This document shows positions 27,401 through 36,269 of a stretch of DNA of 64,000 bases, piece by piece (position 1 is the first letter of the stretch; each line of letters starts with the position of its first letter). Origin of the DNA: Pseudomonadota bacterium (GTDB taxonomy: Bacteria; Myxococcota_A; UBA796; JAFGLY01); NCBI GenBank assembly GCA_043814015.1, contig JBDRKM010000443.1, forward strand, positions 8,926 through 72,925. Reading direction: 5' to 3'. The notes under the pieces were generated by a model that saw only the letters and a program-made list of their open reading frames with translations, ran no database searches and was not told the DNA's origin. A program made the translations under genes and the position numbers.

Positions 27401-28756
27401 ATGGCTACTTCCCTGGCCAGCTTCCGGCACGGGGTGCACCCCACGGAGCACAAGGAGCCCACCTCGGGGCTCCCGATCCAGCGCCTGGGTTTCGTGGAGC
27501 GCTACCTGCTGCCCCTGTCGCAGCACCTGGGCGCCCCGAGCAAGCCCATCGTGGTGGTCGGCCAGGAGGTGGCCCGCGGCCAGCGCATCGCCGAGCCCGG
27601 CGGGTTCGTCTCCACCAGCCTGCACAGCCCGGTCAGGGGGCGCGTGGTGGCCATCGAGCCACGCCGCCTGCCCACCGGCGCCATCGGCCCCGCTATCGAG
27701 ATCGCCGCCGACAGCTTCGACCCCCAGCAGCCCCCGCCGCCGCCGCCGGGTCCTTTCGAGGAGCCCGACGTCGATGAGCTCGTGGCCGGGGTGCGCGACG
27801 CCGGCATCGTCGGCCTGGGTGGCGCGGCCTTCCCCACCCACGTCAAGTACAAGCTCCCGGACGGCCGGCGGGCCCACACCCTGGTGATCAACGGCGCCGA
27901 GTGCGAGCCCTGGCTCACCTGCGACCACCGCCTCATGCTGGAGCGCAGCCGCGCCGTGGCCGAGGGCATCAAGCTGGTGGCCGCGGCGCTGGAGGTCGGC
28001 CAGGCCCTGGTGGGGATCGAAGCCAACAAGCTGGACGCGGTGCGCGCCCTGCAGGCCGCGCTGCGCGCCATGCCCGGCGGTCCCCCGGTACAGGTGCGCC
28101 CTGTGAGGGTCAAGTACCCCCAGGGCGGCGAGAAGATGCTCATCGAGGCCCTGACTGGCGCCCAGGTGCCCGGCGGCAAGCTGCCGCTGCACATCGGCGT
28201 GGTGGTCAACAACGTGGGCACCATGGCGGCCTTGGCCGACTGGTTCCTGCGCGGCCAGCCCCTGATCGAGCGGGTGGTCACGGTCTCGGGGCCGGGGATC
28301 GCGCGGCCGGCCAACCTGCTGGTGCCCCTGGGTACCCCGGTGCGGGCTGTCCTGGAGGCCTGCGGCGGCCTGCCGGAGGATGCGCGCATGGTGATCATGG
28401 GCGGCCCCATGATGGGCCAGCCCCTGGCCAGCGTGGATGTGCCTGTGGTCAAGGGCACTTCGGGCCTGCTGGTGTTTCGCGAGGGCGATCTGTCCAGCCC
28501 CGAGGAGCTGGCCTGCATCCGCTGCGGCCGCTGCCTGGAGGCCTGCGCCTGCTTCCTCAACCCCTCCACGCTGGGGCGCCTGGCCCGCAAGGAGCGCTGG
28601 GAGGACATGCGCGCCCTGAACCTCCTGGACTGCATGGAGTGCGGCGCCTGCTCCTGGGCCTGCCCCTCCCGCATCCCCCTGGTGCAGCAGTTCCGGGTGG
28701 CCAAAGCCCAGCTCCGGCGCATCGACGCCCTGAAGAAGCAGCGAGGTGGGGCATGA
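27401..28756 (+). CDS. rnfC: Rnf complex subunit C (NADH-binding, FMN, 2x[4Fe-4S])
   Basis: GGAAFPTHVKY, INGAECEPWLTCD, and two CxxCxxCxxxCP motifs (CIRCGRCLEACA, CMECGACSWACP). Confidence 0.95.
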   Translation: MATSLASFRHGVHPTEHKEPTSGLPIQRLGFVERYLLPLSQHLGAPSKPIVVVGQEVARGQRIAEPGGFVSTSLHSPVRGRVVAIEPRRLPTGAIGPAIEIAADSFDPQQPPPPPPGPFEEPDVDELVAGVRDAGIVGLGGAAFPTHVKYKLPDGRRAHTLVINGAECEPWLTCDHRLMLERSRAVAEGIKLVAAALEVGQALVGIEANKLDAVRALQAALRAMPGGPPVQVRPVRVKYPQGGEKMLIEALTGAQVPGGKLPLHIGVVVNNVGTMAALADWFLRGQPLIERVVTVSGPGIARPANLLVPLGTPVRAVLEACGGLPEDARMVIMGGPMMGQPLASVDVPVVKGTSGLLVFREGDLSSPEELACIRCGRCLEACACFLNPSTLGRLARKERWEDMRALNLLDCMECGACSWACPSRIPLVQQFRVAKAQLRRIDALKKQRGGA

Positions 28757-29778
28757 ACCGCCACGACCAGGGGCTGTGGCTGCGCACCTCACCCCATGAT
28801 CGCGCCGCCACGGACACCCCGCGCATCATGCGCGATGTGCTGTTGGCGCTGACGCCCGTTTCCCTCGCCGCGCTGCTGTACTTCGGCGTCGCCGCCGTGT
28901 TGGTGGTGGGCGGCGCGGTGGCGGGCTGCGTGGCCACCGAGGCGGCCTTCGCCCCCCGCGGGCGGCGCACCGCCTCCCTGCGAGATGGCTCCGCCCTGCT
29001 CACCGGCTTGTTGCTGGGCCTCACCCTGCCCCCGAGCTTCCCTGTCTGGATGGCGTTTCTGGGAGGGGTGGTCGCCATCGGCCTGGGCAAGGTGGTCTGG
29101 GGTGGGCTGGGCCACAACCTCTTCAACCCGGCCCTCGTGGGGCGCGCCTTCCTGCAGGCCGCCTTCCCCACCGCCATCACCACCTGGTCGCCCCAGCGCG
29201 CGCAGGATCTGGCCGTCTACGCCAGCAACCTGGCCATGCCCTTCATGAAGGCTCCGGTCGATGCGATCAGCACCGCCACCCCGCTGGGCCTGATGAAGTT
29301 CCAGGGCCAGGGCACCGACCTCTGGAGCCTGCTGGTGGGCGACTGTCCGGGCTCTCTCGGGGAGACCAGCGCCGTGCTGCTGCTCGTCGGTGGGGTCTAC
29401 CTCTGGCGCCGACGCGCCCTCGACTGGCGCATCCCGGCCGCCATCCTGGGCACGGTCTTCGTCTTCTCCGGCCTCGTCTGGCTGGTGGCGGCCAAAGCTC
29501 CGCCCCCCTGGTTCATGCTGGGCTCCGGCGGCCTGATGCTCGGCGCCCTCTTCATGGCCACGGATCCGGTCACCTCGCCCATGGCGCCGCTGGGCGCCTG
29601 GATCTACGGCGCGGGCATCGGCGTGCTGGTGGTGCTCATCCGCCTGTGGGGCGGGCTGCCCGAGGGCGTCATGTACGCCATCCTGCTGATGAACGCGGTC
29701 ACCCCGCTCATCAACCGCGGGATTCAGCCCACCCCCTTCGGCCGGGGTCGCAAGGCCCCGCGGGAGGAGAGCCCATGA
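28753..29778 (+). CDS. rnfD: Rnf complex subunit D (NqrB-like membrane subunit)
   Basis: ATGA overlap with rnfC. Polytopic. DAISTATPLG flavinylation-type motif. Confidence 0.9.
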   Translation: MNRHDQGLWLRTSPHDRAATDTPRIMRDVLLALTPVSLAALLYFGVAAVLVVGGAVAGCVATEAAFAPRGRRTASLRDGSALLTGLLLGLTLPPSFPVWMAFLGGVVAIGLGKVVWGGLGHNLFNPALVGRAFLQAAFPTAITTWSPQRAQDLAVYASNLAMPFMKAPVDAISTATPLGLMKFQGQGTDLWSLLVGDCPGSLGETSAVLLLVGGVYLWRRRALDWRIPAAILGTVFVFSGLVWLVAAKAPPPWFMLGSGGLMLGALFMATDPVTSPMAPLGAWIYGAGIGVLVVLIRLWGGLPEGVMYAILLMNAVTPLINRGIQPTPFGRGRKAPREESP

Positions 29779-30449
29779 GCGCCGCCCCCGAAGCCGAGCC
29801 CTCCTCCTTCCGGCTGGTGGCCACCCTCACCATCGCCGGCCTGGTCTCGGGCCTGCTGCTGGTCGGGGCCTACCAGATCACCAAGCCCATCATCGAGCGC
29901 AATGAGGCCGAGGCCCTGCAGGCTGCCGTGTTCCAGGTGCTGCCCGGCACCGAGGAGCTGCAGCCCCTGGTCCTGCGCGAGGGCCACCTGGATCCGGCCA
30001 CCCCGGCCGACAAGGACGCCCCCACCATCTACGCGGGCCGTCGTCGCGGGGGCGCGCTCGTGGGCTACGCCATCCCAGCCCAGGGCCCCGGCTTCCAGGA
30101 CACCATCAAGCTGATCTTCGGCTACGACCCGGCCCGGGCCGTCATCGTGGGCATGAAGGTGCTGGACTCCCGCGAGACCCCGGGGCTGGGCGACAAGATC
30201 AAGAAGGACAAGGCCTTCCTGGACAACTTCACCGCCCTGGCGGTGGATCCGGAGATCGTGCCCGTGGGAACGGGCAAGAAGGCCGCGCCCAACGAGCTGG
30301 ACTGCATCACCGGCGCCACCATCTCCTCCAAGGCCATCGCGAAGATCGTCAACGGCGGCATGGAGACGTGGCGCCCGGTGCTCGTGCCCGAGGGCCTTGG
30401 GGCGACCGAGCCCGAGCCACCGCCCGTGCCCCAGGAGGCCACGCCATGA
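29775..30449 (+). CDS. rnfG: Rnf complex subunit G (NqrC-like, FMN-binding)
   Basis: ATGA overlap with rnfD. Single N-terminal TM helix. ETPGLGDK and ITGATISS motifs. Confidence 0.9.
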   Translation: MSAAPEAEPSSFRLVATLTIAGLVSGLLLVGAYQITKPIIERNEAEALQAAVFQVLPGTEELQPLVLREGHLDPATPADKDAPTIYAGRRRGGALVGYAIPAQGPGFQDTIKLIFGYDPARAVIVGMKVLDSRETPGLGDKIKKDKAFLDNFTALAVDPEIVPVGTGKKAAPNELDCITGATISSKAIAKIVNGGMETWRPVLVPEGLGATEPEPPPVPQEATP

Positions 30450-31099
30450 GCGCCCTGGCTCCCGAAGCTCCGCGCACCGCGTCCCAGGCCTACGCAGAGT
30501 TCGTCAAGGGGATCTGGAAGGAGAACCCGGTCTTCGTGCAGGTGCTGGGCATGTGCCCCGTCCTCGCCGTCACCAACTCCGCCATCAACGCCCTGGCCAT
30601 GGGCGCCGCCACCCTGGTGGTGCTGGTGGGCTCCTCCTTCTTCGTCTCCCTCTTGCGGCACCACATCCCCAAGCAGGTGCGCATCTCCACCTACATCATC
30701 ATCATCGCCACCTTCGTCACGGTCACGGACTACGCCCTGAAAGCCATCTCCCCCGCGGTCCACGCCGAGCTGGGCGCCTTCATCGCGTTGATCGTGGTCA
30801 ACTGCATCATCCTCGGGCGCCAGGAGGCCTTCGCCGCCAAGAACACCGTCAAGCTGGCGGTGATGGACGCGCTGGGCATGTCGGCGGGCTTCACCATCGC
30901 GCTCCTGGCGCTGGGCGCTGTGCGCGAGATCCTCGGCAGCGGCTCGCTCTTCGGCGTCTCGCTGTTCGGCCCCCACTACGAGCCCTGGGTCATCATGATC
31001 CTGCCGCCCGGCGGCTTCATCATGCTGGGGCTGATCCTGCTGTTCTTCGCCTGGCTCAAGCAGCGCCGCCAGCGCGCCACGCATGGGGAGGCGGCCTGA
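30446..31099 (+). CDS. rnfE: Rnf complex subunit E (NqrD-like)
   Basis: ATGA overlap with rnfG. NPVFVQVLGMCP signature. Confidence 0.9.
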   Translation: MSALAPEAPRTASQAYAEFVKGIWKENPVFVQVLGMCPVLAVTNSAINALAMGAATLVVLVGSSFFVSLLRHHIPKQVRISTYIIIIATFVTVTDYALKAISPAVHAELGAFIALIVVNCIILGRQEAFAAKNTVKLAVMDALGMSAGFTIALLALGAVREILGSGSLFGVSLFGPHYEPWVIMILPPGGFIMLGLILLFFAWLKQRRQRATHGEAA

Positions 31100-31677
31100 T
31101 GGGTGCGTTCATCGGCATCTTCATGGGCTCGCTGGTGATCAACAACTTCACCCTGAGCTACTTCCTCGGCATCTGCCCCTTCCTGGGGGTCTCGGGCCGC
31201 GTGGTCACCGCCTTCCGCCTGGGGCTGGCCAACATCTTCGTGATGCTCATCACGGCGTTCTGCACCTGGGGCCTGAACACCTTCATCCTGCCGCACGCCC
31301 CCTACCTGCAGATCATCAGCTACATCCTCGTCATCGCCTCCACCGTGCAGTTCGTGGAGATGGTCATCAAGAAGCTCTCCCCGGAGCTGTTCCGGGCGCT
31401 GGGCATCTTCCTGCCCCTCATCACCACCAACTGCGCCATCCTGGGCCTGGCCCTCTTCATGACCAACAAGGGCTTCGGCCTGGCCGAGGGCATGGTCTAC
31501 GCGCTCGGCGCGGGCGGCGGCGTCACCCTGGCCCTGGTGCTGATGGCCGGTCTTCGGGAGGAGGCCGAGCTGTCGGACATCCCCGCGCTCATGCGCGGCA
31601 CCGCCATGAGCCTCATCATCGCCGGCCTGCTGTCGCTGGCCTTCATGGGCTTCGCGGGCCTGTTCGCGGCGGGCTGA
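31099..31677 (+). CDS. rnfA: Rnf complex subunit A (NqrE-like)
   Basis: 1-nt TGATG overlap with rnfE. NNFTLSYFLGICPFLGVS and ITTNCAILG signatures. Confidence 0.9.
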   Translation: MGAFIGIFMGSLVINNFTLSYFLGICPFLGVSGRVVTAFRLGLANIFVMLITAFCTWGLNTFILPHAPYLQIISYILVIASTVQFVEMVIKKLSPELFRALGIFLPLITTNCAILGLALFMTNKGFGLAEGMVYALGAGGGVTLALVLMAGLREEAELSDIPALMRGTAMSLIIAGLLSLAFMGFAGLFAAG

Positions 31678-31874
31678 TGCTCACCCATCTGCTCGCCGTG
31701 CTCGGCCTCGGGCTCGCCTGTGGCCTGTGGGTGATCCTCCAGCGCTGGGTGGCGAAGCGCGATCCGGGCCAGCCCGGGGTGGAGGGCAGCGTGGGGTGTT
31801 CGCATGGGGAGTGCGAGCAACCCGACGGCGCCTGCGCGGGGTGCAGCCTGAAGGGGGAGTGCTCGGGGCGGTGA
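31677..31874 (+). CDS. Small single-TM protein with Cys-rich tail (NqrM / FeoB-associated Cys-rich-like)
   Basis: 65 aa. 1-nt overlap with the rnfA stop. TM helix LLAVLGLGLACGLWVIL, then GCSHGECEQPDGACAGCSLKGEC. Its 3' two-thirds is duplicated at 37312-37483. Confidence 0.6.
   Translation: MLTHLLAVLGLGLACGLWVILQRWVAKRDPGQPGVEGSVGCSHGECEQPDGACAGCSLKGECSGR
31712..31815. repeat. Left copy of a perfect 104-bp direct repeat
   Basis: Identical base-for-base to 37312-37415 (offset exactly 5600 bp). Similarity continues imperfectly for about 40 more nt (GCGCCTGCGCGGGGTGCAG shared). Confidence 0.95.
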
Positions 31875-31888
31875 CGCCCTGACCGCGC

Positions 31889-34210
31889 CTACTCCCTCCT
31901 CCTCCTCATCCGTCCAACCAGCGTCCCGAGGAACGCCAGCGGAAGGAACAGCGCCTGGCTCGAGGCGTTCTTGCCGGAATTGCAGCAGCCGTCGCCCTCC
32001 TCGCCGCTGTCACCGGTGCCGTCGTCGGTGTCGCCGGTGCCGCCGTCCACCGCGATGGCGACGCTGTGGGTCGTGAGGATCGCGTTGTCCATGTCTTCAC
32101 CGCCCCAGGCCAGGATCAGCGCGGTGGCGCCGTCCGGGTAGTCGTCTGCGGTCAGGGGCTCGCTGATCGAGACCGTGGCCGTGCCGTCGCCCGCCGCCAG
32201 CAGGGAGACACCCATGGGCAAGGACTCGCCGAAGAAGTGGGTGGCCTCCCCATCGGGATCGGTGGCTGTCAGCGTGATGGCCGCCCCAGCTTCGTTGTCG
32301 AGGGTCTCCGGCCCGCTCAGCTCGGGCGGGCGGTCGACGGTGACGGTGGCCTCGAACGTGTGCTCGCTCGTCGTCTCCATCGAGCTGGTGCCCACCAGCG
32401 TGATCGACAGGTCGTAGCTGCCGCTGGCCAGGCTCTCGTCCGGGCTCACCAGGATGGCAGCCACCGCCTCGTCGCCCGGCCGGATCACCGGTGGGAGCGG
32501 CGCGAGGACGCTGGGGTTCAGCGCTACCTCAGAGGAGAAGAGCAGCTCGGGGCAGTAGATGGCCACGTTGCCTGTGTTCTCCAGGACCAGCACCAGGGGC
32601 CCGCCCCCGCCCGCCTCCACGAGTGTGTCGAGCTCGGAGCCGGAGCTGTCCAGGGACTCGTCCGGCGGAGCGAAGGTCATCTGCAATGCGCCGCTCGCCA
32701 CGTCGCCCAGGGTGTCCCGGACGGTGATGGGCAGGTCCTCGACGGGCTCTCCGCCCCAGTCCTGGCCCTGCACCTCCACCGTGACCAGCCCGGGCGCGTA
32801 GTAGGTGGCCGCCACGTAGCCCCAGTCGAAGCTCTCGCCATGATCGAGGACCATGCCACCGAAGTCGAACATGTCGTCCTGGCCTTCGCCGTAGGACGCC
32901 AGCACGAACCAGTCCCGGCCGCCGTAGGGCAGCTCCATGGCGACCAGATCGTCGGGGGACACGTAGCGGATGGGGATGTCCCAGTCAGGGCTGTGCGAGT
33001 GGGGATCGCAGCGCTGTGGGGGGGCCTCGTGCTGGCGCTCGGGGTCTTCCATGATCCCTGTCCCCACGCCGCCATCGCGCGCAGAGCAGATGTTGTAATA
33101 GACGTAGTCGTCCTCGTTGGGACCGACGCCACTGTTGCCGTTTCCCTCCCAGTTCCCGTCGAGCTGGACCTGGTTGTTGCCGCTCAGGACGTGGTCCGCG
33201 TGGATGGTCACCTTCATCAGGCCGGTGGCTCCGTTCGGGATCTCGATGTCGAAGTCGAGCTTGTCGTCACCGTTCCAGGCCTGGTTGGACAGCGTGGCTC
33301 CGTCGCAGCCCTCGACGCTGACGGCCGCGGTCGCGTCCTGGCCGACGTCGATCTTCGTGTCGAGGGTGACCGTGGTCGAGACGGTGCAGGGGCAGTCGTT
33401 GGTGCCGACGGCGACGCCTCGAGGATCCACTTCCTCGACCCTGGGGGCGGTGGTGGTGTGGTTCTGTGTGACGTGCTCCAGGGGAGGCATGGCGGCCGCG
33501 TGCATGTCGTAGGCCTCGTTGGCGGGCCGGTACTCGCCGTGGCCGATGTGGCCGATCATGGTTTCGAAGAGCAGCTTCGTCCGCGCTCTATCAGTGATGA
33601 CGCAGGTGGTGTCCGGGTAGGCGAAGAACTCTCGTGAGCCGAACCATTCGGCCTTGCCGCTGCCGTGGCACGCATCCAACAGGATGATCGTGTTCGCGTC
33701 GGAGAAGGTGGCCTCGATGCCCGCCTGTGTGAGGTTGATGCCGTGAGACAACGCCACGTTGTGTTCGTCGGGGCTCCAGACCTTGCCGATCTGTCCTGCC
33801 TGGTACACCCCGTCGCGGAGCAAGGCGTCGTAGTCGGCGTTCCGCGTCGCCTGGTCGCCGGGCCCATAGCAGCCGATCCGGAATCCACTCGCTCCCCCGT
33901 GGGAGTGCACCCGTAGCACACCTGCCTGGCCAAGCGCGGCCCAGGTCGTCGCGTTGGCGGCCGCCGGCCCTATCAGCGCCTGGTATCCGTAGTGCTGGTA
34001 CTCAGCGAGGCGGCCCAGGCTGTCGTCGGGCTCCCCCGCACCATCCACAGCGACAGAGGCGAGATCAACCCCGGTGCAGGGCTCGAACAGCACCGCCGTG
34101 GCGACGTCGGGCGTCTCGTTCTCCGCGGCCACGGCGAAACGCAGCGGCGCCAGGCCGGCGATGGCGAACAGGAGGAAGGCGGTTCGCGGCTTGTTCGGCA
34201 TACGTTGCAT
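31889..34210 (-). CDS. Secreted clan-CD (gingipain/caspase-like) cysteine peptidase with MYXO-CTERM-like sorting tail
   Basis: Start at in-frame ATG 34210 (MQRMPNKPRTAFLLFAIAGLAP signal peptide, GAGG 8 nt upstream). His-Gly and Cys dyad context VLRVHSHGG ... IILLDACHGSG. C-terminus GDGCCNSG..LFLPLAFLGTLVGRMRRRRE. Confidence 0.65.
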   Translation of the reverse strand: MQRMPNKPRTAFLLFAIAGLAPLRFAVAAENETPDVATAVLFEPCTGVDLASVAVDGAGEPDDSLGRLAEYQHYGYQALIGPAAANATTWAALGQAGVLRVHSHGGASGFRIGCYGPGDQATRNADYDALLRDGVYQAGQIGKVWSPDEHNVALSHGINLTQAGIEATFSDANTIILLDACHGSGKAEWFGSREFFAYPDTTCVITDRARTKLLFETMIGHIGHGEYRPANEAYDMHAAAMPPLEHVTQNHTTTAPRVEEVDPRGVAVGTNDCPCTVSTTVTLDTKIDVGQDATAAVSVEGCDGATLSNQAWNGDDKLDFDIEIPNGATGLMKVTIHADHVLSGNNQVQLDGNWEGNGNSGVGPNEDDYVYYNICSARDGGVGTGIMEDPERQHEAPPQRCDPHSHSPDWDIPIRYVSPDDLVAMELPYGGRDWFVLASYGEGQDDMFDFGGMVLDHGESFDWGYVAATYYAPGLVTVEVQGQDWGGEPVEDLPITVRDTLGDVASGALQMTFAPPDESLDSSGSELDTLVEAGGGGPLVLVLENTGNVAIYCPELLFSSEVALNPSVLAPLPPVIRPGDEAVAAILVSPDESLASGSYDLSITLVGTSSMETTSEHTFEATVTVDRPPELSGPETLDNEAGAAITLTATDPDGEATHFFGESLPMGVSLLAAGDGTATVSISEPLTADDYPDGATALILAWGGEDMDNAILTTHSVAIAVDGGTGDTDDGTGDSGEEGDGCCNSGKNASSQALFLPLAFLGTLVGRMRRRRE

Positions 34211-34329
34211 GGGAAACCTCGCAGGCTGCTGGTTTCGCACCACTTGATCGGGCGCTCCAGGAAGGGAGTCGAGGTCGAATGGTGCGCGTGGGAGACGATA
34301 CCAGAGAATCGCAACCGCGGCACCTGCCA

Positions 34330-34550
34330 AGCGTCACGTGCCGGCGCACCGTCTTCCCGGACTTGTTGCCCAGGGCACCGCGCAGCTCGCGGTGTGGTGA
34401 CGGTCGCGGTCGGGGCGGTAGAGGTGGAAGAAGCGGCTGTCGCTGCGCCCACGGTCGAGGTAGTCGCGGAAGGTCCTCTCCACCCAGGTGGCAGGCGACG
34501 GCTTTCGTCCGGGGCCTGGGCCAGAGAGTCGTCGAGGTTCTCCAGCATGC
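34330..34550 (-). pseudogene. Possible remnant of an IS91-family transposase N-terminal zinc-binding domain
   Basis: The minus strand reads MLENLDDSLAQAPDES..LPP. After a frame change it reads WVERTFRDYLDRGRSDSRFFHLYRPDRDRHH, which aligns from memory to LP.FV..EF.A.L.CG.L..GF.RLRC..C with Arg (CGY) at each expected Cys. It is short and frameshifted. Confidence 0.3.
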
Positions 34551-34868
34551 GAGGGCCCCGCTGGGGTGGGTGAGCGCATCGAGGGCGTGCTGCGGGGCGC
34601 GGGCGTGGGCTCCTTCGATGCCCTGGTGGAGTGCACCAACGTCCGCCCCCACCCCGACGACGAGCGCCTGTGGATCATCGGCGGTCGTTCACCATCGGCG
34701 ACGAGGACGCGCGGGCGCGGGACAAGCGGACGGTGACGGAGCTGCATGGGCCAGGAGCGCGCTCCAAAGAACAGCGGCCAGGATGCCTTGTTTGACGCAC
34801 GCTCTCAGGCTGCGGGCTCGCCACTGCCCGTCTCCCCGACCGGCGTGGCGACCACCGTCCTGCGCGGG

Positions 34869-36269
34869 TCAGTCCCCGCTTCTCGCCAGGAGGTCGTGGA
34901 GGAACTCTCCGACCGCCTCCGAGCCCCTGGTGATCGCCTGGGGCACCGAGCCCAGCTCTCCTCTCCTCATGCGCGCGATCCAGGTGCGCATGCTCGCCCC
35001 GCCATCTCCGAAGGCTGCGTCCACGCACGAACCCCCGAATCTGCCTGCGTTGTTCACCAGCTCCCAGACCCCTGGCCTCTGCACGCCGAGCAGGTCTTCG
35101 CAGGCGACATCCACTACCGTGCTCACGAAGTTCGCTGCTGCTGAGTAGGGGTTGAAGCCAGCCGCGGTGGTCGTCGCGCCCACCAGCCCGGAGGAGACCG
35201 CTCCTTGGCCGGAGCGGTGCTCACCCCAGCCAGCAAAGGCACCACCGAGTAAGTTCAGCGCGCCGCCTACCGACTTGAAAATCCTGACTCCTCTCTCGGC
35301 CCGTATCCACCTGGTGAGCTGCCCTCTCACGGGTGCCATCCGCTGCTCGAACGGGATCGGAAGACGCCGCGTCGGATCGCCGGCTGCTCTCCTGGCCTGC
35401 GCCAGCAGCGCGTGCTCGGCCTGGGCGATGCGCTCCGCGGGTGCGGTCACCTGCCTTGTCCAGACCTGCCCGCCCGCGTAGGTCCCGTTCTGAGCGTGAT
35501 CGGTCCATGGCGAGCCGTGAGGCTCCTCGGGTTCGCCCGTGAATTCGAGGTCGAATGGGACGTCGAGCCCGTTGATCCGGGCGACCTTCGTGCCCGGCTG
35601 GATCCCCTCGGTGAGCCAGAACTCGAGCCGGAGCAGGTCGCCGCGCGCGGTGCAATCGGCGGTGTTCTGCACCAGGTGGGGGTCGTCGAAGGACACCGTG
35701 GTGTCACTGCACCGGAAGATCCGCTCGTCGTCATCGGGCATGGGGTAGCGGGGGAGGTCGCGGCCGTGGATCTCGAGCCGCACCCGCGGGAGATTACCGT
35801 TGCAGAAGGCGTACTTCCAAGAATCCGCCATCGCGGCTCGGTCGAGGCCCCCGTTCTCGATCCCGGTCACCTCGACCCACTCAGCCTTCGGCTCGAAGCG
35901 CCGCCAGACCTCCATTCCCGTCTCCTGACCGGGACCGCTGGCCGCGTCTCCCTCCCAGGAGCCGACGAGCGTGCCGCCCTCTTCGCTGGCCTCGAGACGG
36001 TAGCAGTGGTTCCCTCTGACGTGGTAGCACCCCGAGACGAGCGTCGCACCCTGGTCTGTCTCTGGTCCGCTCCCGCGAAGCCGCTCACCATCGAGGAACC
36101 CGTGGATGCCGTGGCCCACCCGCACCCAGCCTCTGTGGAGGGCGCCGGCTTCGTCCTGGAACTCGATGTTCCATGATCCCCGCAGCAGGTCCTCCTCGTC
36201 GGCCATGGCGACCGCGGGGAGCGTGGCGGGCAGGAGGAGACTGGTGATGAGGAGCGCATTGTGACCCAT
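34869..36269 (-). CDS. Secreted protein of unknown function with Gly/Ala-rich C-terminal region
   Basis: 466 aa. Signal peptide MGHNALLITSLLLPATLPAVAMA. AAGGAGG RBS 6 nt upstream. No recognised catalytic motif. Confidence 0.7.
   Translation of the reverse strand: MGHNALLITSLLLPATLPAVAMADEEDLLRGSWNIEFQDEAGALHRGWVRVGHGIHGFLDGERLRGSGPETDQGATLVSGCYHVRGNHCYRLEASEEGGTLVGSWEGDAASGPGQETGMEVWRRFEPKAEWVEVTGIENGGLDRAAMADSWKYAFCNGNLPRVRLEIHGRDLPRYPMPDDDERIFRCSDTTVSFDDPHLVQNTADCTARGDLLRLEFWLTEGIQPGTKVARINGLDVPFDLEFTGEPEEPHGSPWTDHAQNGTYAGGQVWTRQVTAPAERIAQAEHALLAQARRAAGDPTRRLPIPFEQRMAPVRGQLTRWIRAERGVRIFKSVGGALNLLGGAFAGWGEHRSGQGAVSSGLVGATTTAAGFNPYSAAANFVSTVVDVACEDLLGVQRPGVWELVNNAGRFGGSCVDAAFGDGGASMRTWIARMRRGELGSVPQAITRGSEAVGEFLHDLLARSGD

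Noticed and set aside
16327-28792. Antisense giant ORFs across the kor/rnf module (16327..18252, 18315..22754, 22547..26266, 26315..28792)
   Set aside because: Same shadow-ORF signature. The sense strand encodes KorAB, RnfB, PFOR-like and RnfC proteins with diagnostic motifs.
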